Below are positions 1-10,149 of a stretch of 64,000 nt of DNA, one piece after another. Position numbers and translations under genes: made by a program. The notes beneath the pieces are model-generated. The model had not been told where the DNA came from, ran no database searches, and saw only the letters and a program-made list of their open reading frames with translations. This stretch comes from an uncultured virus (IMG/VR IMGVR_UViG_3300035183_001042) (Duplodnaviria > Heunggongvirae > Uroviricota > Caudoviricetes), in IMG/VR virus record IMGVR_UViG_3300035183_001042; one strand, written 5' to 3'. The stretch's first letter is position 1. The number at the start of each line of letters is the position of its first letter.

Positions 1-96
1 TTCGGGGCTCAGATAGTCAGAGACGCGGTATGGCTTGGCGTCGAAGTCGCACCCGCCACGGGTCTCGATTAGAGAGCAAATGTCATCTTGTGCCAT
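1..96 (-). CDS. hypothetical protein, 5' part only (runs off the window)
   Basis: ATG at 96 opens MAQDDICSLIETRGGCDFDAKPYRVSDYLSPE, open to the window edge; TATCTT lies 7 nt upstream of the ATG. Confidence 0.5.
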   Translation of the reverse strand, partial: MAQDDICSLIETRGGCDFDAKPYRVSDYLSPE

Positions 97-144
97 ACGC
101 CATAAGATAACCGAAGAGTTCTCCGGCATCCAGTGATCAAGCTC

Positions 145-1347
145 TCAACGAGAGGCAATCTTCATCGCAGCGGCACCAGCTAGCACGGCGGCTCCGAAAA
201 GAAGAACAGAAGACGGCTCAACTGCTCCAGATGAATTTTTGTTCGTCAAGACGTAGTCGGAGTAGAAGCTATTCCAAGCGCCAGCAGCGTCTTCCTTGAT
301 ACCTTCTTCAGACACAGTGCTGCGCCGACGCAGCAGAGCGGCGAGTGGCGCTGATGCGCCAGCAGAAATCATCGCCCTTGCACCACGTGAAATGCGCTGC
401 TCTCTAGAGTTTTTCGAGATTCCAGGGTATCCCAGAGAGACAAAGTCGTCGTCGGAATATCCGAAGAACTTCCTGTTCACGGCCATCTCTGCGTTGATGG
501 AATCCGAAGGACCGAGCGAACGAACGATCTTGTTCGCTTCGTCTAAGAGCTTGGTGAACAGCTCTCTTTCCTCGATCTTCTGCCGAGCCAGTTCCTTCTC
601 AAGCTCGCGCATCCTTGCTTCTCTCACCGCTCGACGATACGCGTCGATGTCAGCAAACTGCACAGCCCTCGAGACGTATTGCGATGGGTTGTTCGCCTCA
701 GAAGCCTTCTTCTCGAGTTCTTTGATCCTACTCTCGGACCAACCGTACGAGATCAGACGCTCTCGATTCGAAGGTGAGATGACGTGCCTGATCTTCAGCG
801 ATCCGCTGCTGCGCCTTCGTGGAAGGCTCAAAAAGAAGTCATGAGAACGTGACTTCACAGCATCGATCCACTGAGGATCCACATCGTCTTGGCTCAGGAA
901 AATGCGATACGCCAAGCCTCTGCCAACAATGTTCGACCCATCGAAGATGAGTCTATTTCTCTGTGAGAATGGCAGCGAACGCGCGCCACTTCGGCTCGTC
1001 GCGTACAGGCGAACGTTCTCAGGAAAGCCAAGTCCAACGGCGAACTCGAAGTCATAAGCCTCTGAGTCGACGTGAACAGAAACGCCGTCAGAGTCGACGT
1101 ACGTTCCGCTACCTTCTTCTGGAACGTTATAGCGAAGACGGTAAATCTTGCCGTCTCTGAACGTTCGCAAGTCGACAATGAGCGACAGCGACATACCAGC
1201 GTCGGCTGCTGCTCGAACTGTTGCGATCGCCGCCGGATCAACTCGTACTCCGTACGCCGAGCGAAGCATCGACAGGGCGTGAATGATACCGTTGACGCCT
1301 TCTGGCACGCCGGGCGAAGGAGCGTTGTAGAATGAAGTCGAGGACAT
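145..1347 (-). CDS. hypothetical protein with coiled-coil and C-terminal membrane anchor
   Basis: About 400-aa ORF; ends VLLFGAAVLAGAAAMKIASR; start placed at the MSSTS ATG. Confidence 0.7.
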   Translation of the reverse strand: MSSTSFYNAPSPGVPEGVNGIIHALSMLRSAYGVRVDPAAIATVRAAADAGMSLSLIVDLRTFRDGKIYRLRYNVPEEGSGTYVDSDGVSVHVDSEAYDFEFAVGLGFPENVRLYATSRSGARSLPFSQRNRLIFDGSNIVGRGLAYRIFLSQDDVDPQWIDAVKSRSHDFFLSLPRRRSSGSLKIRHVISPSNRERLISYGWSESRIKELEKKASEANNPSQYVSRAVQFADIDAYRRAVREARMRELEKELARQKIEERELFTKLLDEANKIVRSLGPSDSINAEMAVNRKFFGYSDDDFVSLGYPGISKNSREQRISRGARAMISAGASAPLAALLRRRSTVSEEGIKEDAAGAWNSFYSDYVLTNKNSSGAVEPSSVLLFGAAVLAGAAAMKIASR

Positions 1348-1373
1348 GCCTCTAGTCAATCACACTTCTATGG

Positions 1374-2543
1374 TCATGTCCCGGGAAGGGCGCCGCCGGT
1401 CGTTCCGCCGCCCATGCTTGGAGGAGCAACGCCTCCGGCGCCTCCAGAACTCATCGCAGACAAGAACTGGCTGAGAAGAGGCATCAACACAGGACCTGCA
1501 ATCTCCATGATAGACTTGATCTTAGCGCCGACGTCTTGAGAGGCTTCCTTCGACAGCCCAGAACTCGCCATGAGCTTCTGGACCTCGACCTCGATCTTCC
1601 CCTTCTGAACCTCTCCGCGCGCCGAGACGAGCTCATCACGAAGCTTTCGATTCTCCTGCTCGAGTTCGTCGATCCTAGACCGGTAGCGGCGCTCCATGTC
1701 GTCCATCGATGATCGCATGCGACGCATGTCGTCGTCGGCCTCTGCTCGGACTTTTCGAAGACGATCTGAGACATCTTCCAGCTCCCGCCGGAGGCCGGCG
1801 ACAATCGTCGAAGAGTCTTGTTCTTGCCCAGAGGTTGCCCGAGAAGCGACGATCTGACGAAGAGACTCGACCTCACGAGCAGCTGCCTGTGACTGCTGCT
1901 GCATCATCTGCATAATGATGTTCATCATGGTCAACTCCTTCGCGTCTTCTCGGTCTTCTTTCCTTGCTTGATCAAGGATCTCCTGCTGCCGCGCAGGGTC
2001 GAGACCTTGGGCCACTGGCACCGTAGAGTTCTTCGAGACCTGCACCACAAAAGGACCGCCAGCCGAGCCCATGCCGCCTCCAAATCCATGGTCCAGAGGC
2101 AGCATGCCTCTGTCCCTAGGAGAGAGTCGGTCGTCGTGACCGAAGCCTCGACGATGATCATCTGGGTCGAAGCCTCGACGATCTTCCTCGTCTGCCTCAC
2201 CATCATCTTCCTCATCAAGCTCCAGTCCGGAGTTCCTCATGGCCTGCTTCACTCCCTTGAGCCACGTTGGAGGTCTTCCGACGGAGACCGCCTTCTCCAG
2301 GGTCTCGAGGACCTGAGGCGACTTCTTCGAGCCCGTCATGGAAACAGCTTCCAGCCGGTACATCCCGTCGCCAAACTTCTCGATGAACTCTTCGTCCGTC
2401 GCGTCTGGCTTGATCGTACCGATCTCGAACTCAGTCTTCTCCTTCCTAGCATCTCGAACGCTAACAAAGACGCGAATGCCGGTGACGACATCCTCGGTAA
2501 GCTTCGGAAAAAGCGAAAGATAACGTACTCCGCCGCTGGTCAT
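1374..2543 (-). CDS. coiled-coil hypothetical protein
   Basis: 389-aa ORF with an acidic linker, long heptad-rich region and amphipathic/Gly-rich C-terminus. Confidence 0.75.
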   Translation of the reverse strand: MTSGGVRYLSLFPKLTEDVVTGIRVFVSVRDARKEKTEFEIGTIKPDATDEEFIEKFGDGMYRLEAVSMTGSKKSPQVLETLEKAVSVGRPPTWLKGVKQAMRNSGLELDEEDDGEADEEDRRGFDPDDHRRGFGHDDRLSPRDRGMLPLDHGFGGGMGSAGGPFVVQVSKNSTVPVAQGLDPARQQEILDQARKEDREDAKELTMMNIIMQMMQQQSQAAAREVESLRQIVASRATSGQEQDSSTIVAGLRRELEDVSDRLRKVRAEADDDMRRMRSSMDDMERRYRSRIDELEQENRKLRDELVSARGEVQKGKIEVEVQKLMASSGLSKEASQDVGAKIKSIMEIAGPVLMPLLSQFLSAMSSGGAGGVAPPSMGGGTTGGALPGT

Positions 2544-2618
2544 GAATGATCTTCAGCCTCGTCCCTCGGGCGTTGACCGTCCAGAAAACAGCGAAGAATG
2601 CATAGCCCGAAATCCTTG

Positions 2619-2649
2619 TTGACAACCGTACACACCCAGCAGTAACCCT
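2619..2649 (+). promoter_or_regulatory. possible sigma-70 promoter for the helicase gene
   Basis: TTGACA at 2619-2624 and a weak TAACCC -10 box about 18 nt later, in the divergent intergenic region. Confidence 0.35.
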
Positions 2650-2660
2650 GATCACCTTCG

Positions 2661-4829
2661 ATGGCAGAGAGCAACGGCTGCTGTCGAAGGTCCAGGAGGA
2701 AACATGGGCTACCTCATCCTGACCCAAGCGAAAACATCCAGAAAAGACTGGAGAAACGCTTGAGCGTCTCGCCGTTTGACAGCGAGGGGAACGTCGAACT
2801 TGGGGAGTGGTGGGCAGTATTCCTGACCACTGACAAGTCGGCGGGTCACGTCGCCAGGACAGTCGGTAAATCGCTACTCAATGGGTTCAAAGCCACCATT
2901 GATGGCCATGAAGTGCTGCTTTTTTTGCGGCCTACAGACGAAAGGACCGTACAACTCCTACGAGCAGACGCCCACGGCGCCTTCCTAAAGACCACAGGGA
3001 AGATCAAGGGAACATGGATCCCTTCCTTTGTGACCGACAAGAAGACAACGCCAATCGTCTCCCTCGGAGATGGTAGAGCGCCGGGAACGTTCGTGATCGG
3101 CAATGGATCTACGGGCGTGCCGACAGACGTCACGCTCAGGTCTCCTATCGACAAGCCAGCAGCGAAGCCTGAGCAGGGCAAGTCGCTTCCAGCGAAAACA
3201 GGAGTGAAGTCCTCTTCCGCTCGTGGAAGAGGGCAGAGAGTCGCCATCGATGACGACGATGACGATGACGGTACAGATCAGTTACAGATCGTCATTCACG
3301 CGCCGGACGGAGAAGGACCAGCAACCAAACTGTATCCGCCAGGGAGCGATCTCGGCAGAACGGTCAGGGAGATTCTCGCGTCAAAAACCGAAGAGGTGCT
3401 TGAGGTGGTCGACGACGTAGGGCTTGCGAGAGCAACGCAGCACGCAATCGCAGTCAAAGTCGACGGCAAGACCGTCGAGGGAGTGTTCTGTAATGGGCAC
3501 TTCTGGAGGTACGACGTCCAGACGGGTGTTTGGATCAAGATCACCTCGGAAGACATGCAGCGAATCATCACAGAAGCCTGGTGGAGACACCCCTACCGAC
3601 AAGGCAAGAAGACAAAGGCTCTCGGCCTATCCGTTGGGAAGATCCGGTCCTGCGTCGAGATGATGCAGGTCGAGATGCACCGTCCAACGTTCTTCGCAGA
3701 CCGCAAGGAGCGCAGAGGAGGCATCGCGTTCAAGAACGGGTTCGCAACGGTCATAGACGGCCAGGTCAAGTTGCTCAAGCCGTCGCCCGACCACCGAGCG
3801 GAATTCCTGCTTCCGTTCGACTACCAAGCGGACATGCCATGCCATCGATGGGAGAAATTTCTCGATGAGGTCATGGAGCCGAGCCACAAGCACGGCTTCA
3901 CCGCAGAAGAGCGTCGCAAAGAGATCGAGGCAAAAAAACGCCTGCTCGGCGAGTACGCAGGCATCTGCTTGATCGGAAGAGCGACGCACCACCAGAAGTG
4001 CCTGATCCTCGAAGGGCGAGGCGGCAACGGTAAGAGCGTGATCACGAAGGTTCTTCTCGGACTGTTTGCAGCGGACTCGATCTCTGCCCTCGCTCCGCAA
4101 GACTGGAACAACCAGTTCAACGCCGCAATGCTCGTCGGCAAACGACTGAACATCGCCGCCGAGCTTCCTGAGAGAGACATGGTCGAAGGACACGTCTTCA
4201 AGCAGATCATCGCCGGAGACGAAATCACCGTTCAGAACAAGTTCAAAGATCCGTTTCGCGCGAACATGACAGCCGGCCACATCTTCGCCGCCAACGAACT
4301 GCCCCACTCAAGAGACTTGAGCGATGGCTTCTGGCGCCGCTTCTTGGTGCTCACGCTCGAGCAGCGATTCGACAACCGGGCAGACGTTGACACGAGGCTG
4401 CCGGACACGCTGGTGGAAACCGAGAGCGGAGGGATCGCTGCATGGTGCCTCCGCCACGCTGCGGAGCTCGAGAGGAACAACGGATCGTTCTCCTCGCCGA
4501 GCACGAGCGTGAAGAAGAAGGAAGAGTGGAGAGCGGCTTCGAACCCTATCGAGCAGTTCTGCGACGAGGTACTTCGCTTCGAGAAGTCACCTGGGAAAAT
4601 CACTGGAAGCATCAGATCTTCGAAGCTGTACGAAGTGTATGCAGCGTGGACCAAGCGCCGAGGGCACGGCGTCATGTCAGCGACGAAGTTTGGTGCAAAG
4701 ATCAAGCTACATCTCGAAGGGGCCGCCGGAAGGCCGCTCGACAAGCGGGCAAGCGACGGCGTGCGGTACGAGGTCGACGTTGATCCGGAGTGGCGATACG
4801 TGCTCGAGAACGAGCCAGCTCGAAGGTAA
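2661..4829 (+). CDS. phage/plasmid P4-family (D5-like) SF3 helicase / primase-helicase
   Basis: D5_N-like IAFKNG motif, Walker A GRGGNGKS, LVGKRLNIAAE, FKQIIAGDEI, FAANELP, GFWRRF and a C-terminal winged-helix-like segment. Confidence 0.92.
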   Translation: MAESNGCCRRSRRKHGLPHPDPSENIQKRLEKRLSVSPFDSEGNVELGEWWAVFLTTDKSAGHVARTVGKSLLNGFKATIDGHEVLLFLRPTDERTVQLLRADAHGAFLKTTGKIKGTWIPSFVTDKKTTPIVSLGDGRAPGTFVIGNGSTGVPTDVTLRSPIDKPAAKPEQGKSLPAKTGVKSSSARGRGQRVAIDDDDDDDGTDQLQIVIHAPDGEGPATKLYPPGSDLGRTVREILASKTEEVLEVVDDVGLARATQHAIAVKVDGKTVEGVFCNGHFWRYDVQTGVWIKITSEDMQRIITEAWWRHPYRQGKKTKALGLSVGKIRSCVEMMQVEMHRPTFFADRKERRGGIAFKNGFATVIDGQVKLLKPSPDHRAEFLLPFDYQADMPCHRWEKFLDEVMEPSHKHGFTAEERRKEIEAKKRLLGEYAGICLIGRATHHQKCLILEGRGGNGKSVITKVLLGLFAADSISALAPQDWNNQFNAAMLVGKRLNIAAELPERDMVEGHVFKQIIAGDEITVQNKFKDPFRANMTAGHIFAANELPHSRDLSDGFWRRFLVLTLEQRFDNRADVDTRLPDTLVETESGGIAAWCLRHAAELERNNGSFSSPSTSVKKKEEWRAASNPIEQFCDEVLRFEKSPGKITGSIRSSKLYEVYAAWTKRRGHGVMSATKFGAKIKLHLEGAAGRPLDKRASDGVRYEVDVDPEWRYVLENEPARR

Positions 4830-4943
4830 TCCACCGGGTGTGGGAGGTTGCATGGCTCGGCAACAAAGATGTTGCCCGCGCGCGAAGGCCAAAGTATCGT
4901 TCGTCATCCCAGCGACAGTCGCTGCCGCCAATGGGGGTACGAC

Positions 4944-5942
4944 ATGAAACGAACAGCACTCGTCGTTGGCCATGCTGACGCTGACGGGCATATCATTGCC
5001 GATCAGCTTCGTCGGCAGTTGTCGGCGATCCCATCCTTTCAAGTCACTGTACGTGTGGACCCCAAGCTCACCGAAGGACATCGAGCTTGGACACGTCTCC
5101 ACAAAGTGATCCCCGACGACGAAAACTACGACATCGTGTTCTTTGCGGACCTGATGTTCGCGCCCAAGTCATTTCACGATGAGGCTGACAGCTTGGTGTC
5201 CTTCGCCCAGTCACGCAGGGGAACGCGTTTCTATGTGCTCGACCATCATCCGTTGCCGCTTCAGCGGCTGCAGCGCGCGCAGAACATCCGCGCGGTGTAC
5301 CGAGACGATGTCGTGGATTGCTCGCTGGGGGGATCGACTGAGGCACCGTCGTGGGAGATGGTGGTCGCGGCGCTATGTGAGAAACAGCCGACACGAGTGA
5401 TGAGTGCCTCGAACCATCGACAACGGATGGTAGCGAAAGGGATGCGTCGCGCGGCAGCACTCGGGGGAACACTCAACGGGCCAATGCTCATGGCCATCGT
5501 CGGTGCGGGCGAGTGGGACGAAATTGCTGCGCTTGGCGAGGAAGACAACTCATTGCACCATCTGCCACGTGGTCGACGCCCATCTGACTCAACTTCTGCG
5601 CAGCTCGAGAAACTGCGTGCCCTCGCGCAGCGCCTTGTACTCTCAACCGCACATGCGAAAGGAACTGTGATGCCGTACGACGGTCCGTCCGAAGCCACGC
5701 CAACAAGCCCCAAGATCGCCGCGGCGCCGCCAAGGGATCTTGAAGCCATCGTCTCGCTCCTCGAACTCGCGGCGCTGTCGCTCACTGACAAGCCGGGCGC
5801 CCGATTCACCGAGGAGCAGCTCATCGAAGAAGCGCAGTCCATCGCCGGCGATGAGTTCACGGTCCTAGCCTGGGACGTAAAGTTAGTGATCGGAAAGTCC
5901 GGCTTCTTGAAAAAAATCGGTCGCGAGTTCACGCTGAAGTAG
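4944..5942 (+). CDS. DHH phosphoesterase-like protein
   Basis: GHADADG, FADL and LDHHP motifs match DHH motifs I-III; start at MKRTAL. Confidence 0.6.
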   Translation: MKRTALVVGHADADGHIIADQLRRQLSAIPSFQVTVRVDPKLTEGHRAWTRLHKVIPDDENYDIVFFADLMFAPKSFHDEADSLVSFAQSRRGTRFYVLDHHPLPLQRLQRAQNIRAVYRDDVVDCSLGGSTEAPSWEMVVAALCEKQPTRVMSASNHRQRMVAKGMRRAAALGGTLNGPMLMAIVGAGEWDEIAALGEEDNSLHHLPRGRRPSDSTSAQLEKLRALAQRLVLSTAHAKGTVMPYDGPSEATPTSPKIAAAPPRDLEAIVSLLELAALSLTDKPGARFTEEQLIEEAQSIAGDEFTVLAWDVKLVIGKSGFLKKIGREFTLK

Positions 5943-6076
5943 CGCTCGGCGCCGCGCTGAACACCGCCCGCGCAGCGGTCGCGGATCGGGTTCGGAGAAC
6001 GTCCAGCAACGTACGACCTAGTCTTCCAAGCACTGTTTGGGTAGCGAATCACCGCCCACACAGACCTGTCTCCAAC

Positions 6077-6111
6077 AACGCCCCGCACTTCGCCCAAGGT
6101 TGCGGGGCGTT
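6077..6111. terminator. GC-rich hairpin, possible bidirectional terminator
   Basis: 11-bp perfect inverted repeat AACGCCCCGCA/TGCGGGGCGTT between convergent ORFs. Confidence 0.45.
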
Positions 6112-6393
6112 CCGCATTTCTCCGAGCTCAACCGTCCGCAGTTGACTAGAGCGCACACTTGAGTCCTTCGAGCTCCACCCTCGCGCGGGTCACGTTGATC
6201 GTCGAACCGCGGAAGCAGCTCGTCGCGACGAGGTCGCGTAGCCGAAGGATTTGCACCTACGACTGGTACGCGTCGGCGAGCCCGAGCGCTCCGCTCCGGT
6301 GGGCGAGGCAGCACCACAAGTCCTCGTCTGGGCGCACCGAGCTGCGCAGGTAGATCCGCGTGCACCCAGGGCGTGAGCACCAACCGCAGAGCG

Positions 6394-6753
6394 TCACGTC
6401 ACACCGCCTGGTTGGCACTGGTACGGCAGCACGATGACGGTGTGTCGTCCTTGTGGGTCGAGAATGGCCTGGCGCACGGCCTCTGCTGCGCCGAGCCCCT
6501 CGACGACGCGAAGGTCGCGCGACGCGATGCCGAACTCCCGAGCAACCTCATCGGCCTCGACGGCCGCGCCATCGTGCCGACGGTAGATCACGTCCAGGTA
6601 CGCAACCGAAGGAGCGACCTCGCGGCAGGAGCACTCCACCCGCCACCCCGCGCGGTGGTCGAACGAGCGGAGGTTGAACACCATCTTCGGCTCGAGCGCG
6701 GGAGCTGGCTCGGGCTTGAGCACGCCCCACACGCAACGCGGGGCGGCACTCAC
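6394..6753 (-). CDS. small hypothetical protein
   Basis: GTG start after AGGA; protein-like composition (RSFDHRAGWRVECSC...). Confidence 0.4.
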   Translation of the reverse strand: MSAAPRCVWGVLKPEPAPALEPKMVFNLRSFDHRAGWRVECSCREVAPSVAYLDVIYRRHDGAAVEADEVAREFGIASRDLRVVEGLGAAEAVRQAILDPQGRHTVIVLPYQCQPGGVT

Positions 6754-7187
6754 GTTCCTACCTTCGCGAGTTCGACGAGGCCGAGCAGTCCGAGAATCGA
6801 CGCGCTCTCGCCGTGCTCGCGGCAGAGCGGCCGACCGTTCGCGAGCAGTTCGTCCCAGGCCTGCGGGACGACATCGAACTCGACCAACCGCGGGCGCGCG
6901 ACGCCAGCGACTCCCCCTTGCACGCCGGGTGCCCCACGCGCTCACGCCGCGCGGTCCTCAGCGGACAGCAGCGCGAGCGTGTTGTGCCACCACGGGTAGC
7001 CTAGTCCTGCAGTGCCGACCCGAAGGGACTGCGTGAGATGAACAAGCGGCCGAAGACGATGTCGTGTGCGTGGACATATGCGGTCCACTGTCGCTCGCCC
7101 GGTCGTAGCGCACGGCTCCTACTCAAGCCCGCGCGACGTGGGCGCTTGCGATTGCACCCGTAATACGGACTGGATACAGTCCCAACC

Positions 7188-7703
7188 ATGGCGACCGAGC
7201 GCATCTGGATTGTGTGCGAGGGCGAGGCGACGCCAGTGGAAGAAATGGACACGCTACCGTCGCGCTACTCGTTTGGCTACGACTGGCTCGCGGTTGAGGC
7301 GATGAGCGCGGAGCACGCGATCGAAATCGCGGAATCGACGGACGCACACATTGCGCTCGACGTGATACTCTCGACGTGGTCGGGCCTGTCCGTGGATCGC
7401 CTAGCGTGGCACCTCGCCGACCTGGGCAATGAGATCGACGAGGACGATGGCGTGTACGCGGTGCGCTTTGGCTGCCCACGTCTCGACGGCCGATCGCGCA
7501 ACCACGCGACAGGCGCGCGCGAATTGGGGCTGTCGGTCTACCTCGCCGAAGAGCAAGCCGATGGCAGCTGGAAGCTGTGCGACGGTCCCGGCTACGCCAT
7601 TGCACGCTCAGGTCGCTCGTTATGGAAGGCAAGATCCCGTACCTCGTGCACGGGCGCATCGTTGGCCGCGGCAGCGACGGAGAGGCAGTGCTTGCAGACG
7701 TGA
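7188..7703 (+). CDS. hypothetical protein, possibly decayed at the 3' end
   Basis: MATERIWIVCEGE... acidic globular-looking N-terminal 130 aa. Confidence 0.5.
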   Translation: MATERIWIVCEGEATPVEEMDTLPSRYSFGYDWLAVEAMSAEHAIEIAESTDAHIALDVILSTWSGLSVDRLAWHLADLGNEIDEDDGVYAVRFGCPRLDGRSRNHATGARELGLSVYLAEEQADGSWKLCDGPGYAIARSGRSLWKARSRTSCTGASLAAAATERQCLQT

Positions 7704-7755
7704 CCCTTTGCGCTCGCCTTACCATCATCCGCGGCTCGCTCGTGATCGCAGATGA

Positions 7756-7887
7756 GTGACGGCGATCGACGCTGCACGAGGCAATACCGCGCGGCAGACG
7801 TGATTGGTCAAGGCCGCGCTACATCGGCTTGAGAGCGACGCTATGCCGACAACCGAACTAGCACGCGCAGCAGCCAGTAAGCGCTGA
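7756..7887 (+). pseudogene. small ribbon-helix-helix-like gene with in-frame TGA
   Basis: Reads TAIDAARGNTARQT*LVKAALHRLE; TGA at 7801-7803 sits where Trp would fit. Confidence 0.35.
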
Positions 7888-7973
7888 TCACGCTCGCACC
7901 ATCGCGAGCATGTGCGAAGGTTCAGCCGGACAGAACGCGCCACGCACTCGACGCCGCGTCCGTGCACCGCCAC

Positions 7974-8225
7974 ATGCGCATCGACGAAGCGTGCGAGTTC
8001 TACGCCGAGTTGCGCGCGTATCTCGTGCCCGATCTGGACGTCTATCTGCGCGCCGTCGTCTACGCCGCGCTGCTCGTGCAGACGCTATCGAGCGACGTCG
8101 CGCGAGCGGCCAACGCGGAACCGCCTGCGGAGCCCGCGGACGACCCTGCGCCGCCACAGACCACACCGCAGACCACCGCGCCGTCGCCAAAAGCCTGCAA
8201 AAGACCGTCTCAGCAGACGGCTTAA
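7974..8225 (+). CDS. small hypothetical protein with Pro-rich tail
   Basis: MRIDEACEFYAELRAYLVPDLDVYLRAVVYAALL..., GC3-rich codons. Confidence 0.5.
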   Translation: MRIDEACEFYAELRAYLVPDLDVYLRAVVYAALLVQTLSSDVARAANAEPPAEPADDPAPPQTTPQTTAPSPKACKRPSQQTA

Positions 8226-8269
8226 GGCCAGCACGACGCGCGAGACTCTCCTCTCGTGTCCAAAAACTC

Positions 8270-8770
8270 TCAGCTGATACTGTAATTTTACACATCTACG
8301 ATAAACGAGAGCGTCGACCGTTCAAGCGGGGGCCAAGAACCTCTCCCATCTGGAAAACCGAACGGTCTTGTCAAGTGCTCGTAACTAAAAAGAAAAACAC
8401 AGTTTTCCGGCAAAAAACCAAACGGTCACAAGATGTGCCGCTCAAGTCGAAGTAGACATAAAATTGGCTCAAGATGAACACTTGACTACATTACTTACGT
8501 CAACCAGATGAGATCCGCCTGTAAAAAAGGCCGATGTGTAGAGTCTGCTCCCAGTGCAGGGTCGAGCAACTTTCTTAGCTACAGGATCGAATTCTGAAGC
8601 AGATTCGCAAAATACACCTACACTGAAAATTACAGTCAGCCAATAATTTTACACAACTTCTCTGATCTGAAAGTTACGGTTGTAATAAAACCCTACATAC
8701 TCTCAAAGACTCTACACAAGATAGGAAATATCCAGGGATTTCTTCTGAAGGGTTGGGTGAAATCTATGCG
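8270..8770. other. AT-rich non-coding tract, candidate replication origin
   Basis: Visibly AT-rich with no credible ORF; repeated TACAC/GTGTA motifs; TAATTTTACACA twice; 12-bp inverted repeat at 8535-8546 and 8707-8718. Confidence 0.55.
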
Positions 8771-9139
8771 CAGCTCTTCATTGGAGGTTGGGTTTGATGG
8801 CGCCAGCCGCCATGACCAGATGAGCAAACCGCCGTGCTCGCTGCGCTCAAGGCTCCTCCTTCCCCGTGCTCGCCTCGCCCGCTTCGCGGGCTGCGGCTCT
8901 GCGCGGGGGCCCGAGGAGCCTTGATCTCCGCTGCGCTGCGGCGGTGAAAAAAGGCTGTGGTCACGGCGGCGGGATGCTTCGCTGAGGTCCGGCTCTGGGA
9001 TGTACCCAGCGGCTCCCGCTGGTCGCTGCCAAAACACCCCTGCGAACGGACAGAGACAGGCCATCAGAGCCGCAGATAAGAGTCACGCCACTCCAACTGC
9101 CACAGAGATCAGCTCCTGTAGGGCCGCCAGCGGCGGCCG

Positions 9140-9317
9140 CCACGCAGCCGACCAACGGGAGGCGGATCCACGCAGCCGACCAACGGGAGGCGGATCCACG
9201 CAGCCGACCAACGGGAGGCGGATCCACGCAGCCGACCAACGGGAGGCGGATCCACGCAGCCGACCAACGGGAGGCGGATCCACGCAGCCGACCAACGGGA
9301 GGCGGATCCACGCAGCC
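9140..9317. repeat. 28-bp perfect tandem repeat, 6 full copies plus 10 bp (iteron-like)
   Basis: Unit CCACGCAGCCGACCAACGGGAGGCGGAT at 9140, 9168, 9196, 9224, 9252, 9280 and partial at 9308. Confidence 0.95.
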
Positions 9318-9546
9318 TTTGGACACTTTGCACCTTCGCGTAGCTGTGCCTTCAGCGTATGCGACTATCGCAACTGGCGCTGTGCGCACCCCGGCCCCCC
9401 GGGTCGGCCTCTCTCGATTTCCGTCGTTTGAGGTCCCAAGTCGACGAATTTTGCCGATGTAATCACAGATAGATCGTCTTGGTCAAGCGTCTTGAGATGC
9501 ACAGGTATTGCCCGGGACCACTTTTTTTGGGAGGCGTCCCTTTTGG

Positions 9547-10123
9547 CTAGGGTGTGTTGACAAAATGTGGCGCGTGCCCAAGTGGAATGGCATGTACCGA
9601 GGCGAGCTCACAGACGAGCAGTGGGCTGCGGTGGCTCCGCTGTTCGCACGGGCGTCTTCGAACGCGTCGCGCAGGCGCTGCAGCGCGCGGGCGACGCCGC
9701 GGGGCTCCTTGGCTGGGAGCGCCACTACGTCGACGCGAGCATTGTCCGGGCGCATCAACACGCCGTCGGCGCAAAGAGGGGGCTGACACAGATGGGCTCG
9801 GGCGCAACCGCGGTGGCCTGACGACCAAGATCCACGTGCGCGCCGAGGGCGGCGGTAAGCCATGACGTTCGACGTCTCGCCGGGTCACTGCCACGAGTCG
9901 CTGCGCTTCGAGCACCTGATGCGCGGCGCAAGGACCATCGACGGCACGACCTTCGATCGCGCGTAGTACCGCCTGCGCGCGCGTCGAGCAGGCTGTTCTG
10001 CGCCTCCAGCAGTTCTGCGCCTCCAGCAGTTCTGCGCCTCCAGCAGTTCTGCCGGATCGCAACGCGCTACGAGAAGCGCGCCGCGAACTACCTCGCGATG
10101 CTCTGGCTTCCGCGTTTGCTTAG
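9547..10123 (+). mobile_element. degraded IS5-family transposase remnant
   Basis: Left end CTAGGGTGTGTTGACA; fragments MYRGELTDEQW, VDASIVRAHQHA, LGRNRGGLTTKIH and RIATRYEKRAANYLAML in different frames. Confidence 0.85.
9995..10052. repeat. 17-bp tandem repeat (3 copies plus 7 bp) inside the IS5 remnant
   Basis: Unit GTTCTGCGCCTCCAGCA. Confidence 0.9.
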
Positions 10124-10149
10124 ATCGAAACTGTGATATTCTTCCGGTC

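Noticed and set aside
5943..6000. Integron attC site
   Set aside because: Only vague resemblance; no paired R/L boxes, no second copy and no IntI
9140..9317. CRISPR array
   Set aside because: Units are contiguous and identical with no spacers; no cas genes in the window
8961..9431. ORFs across the 28-bp repeat
   Set aside because: Unit length is not a multiple of 3 and translations are low-complexity artefacts
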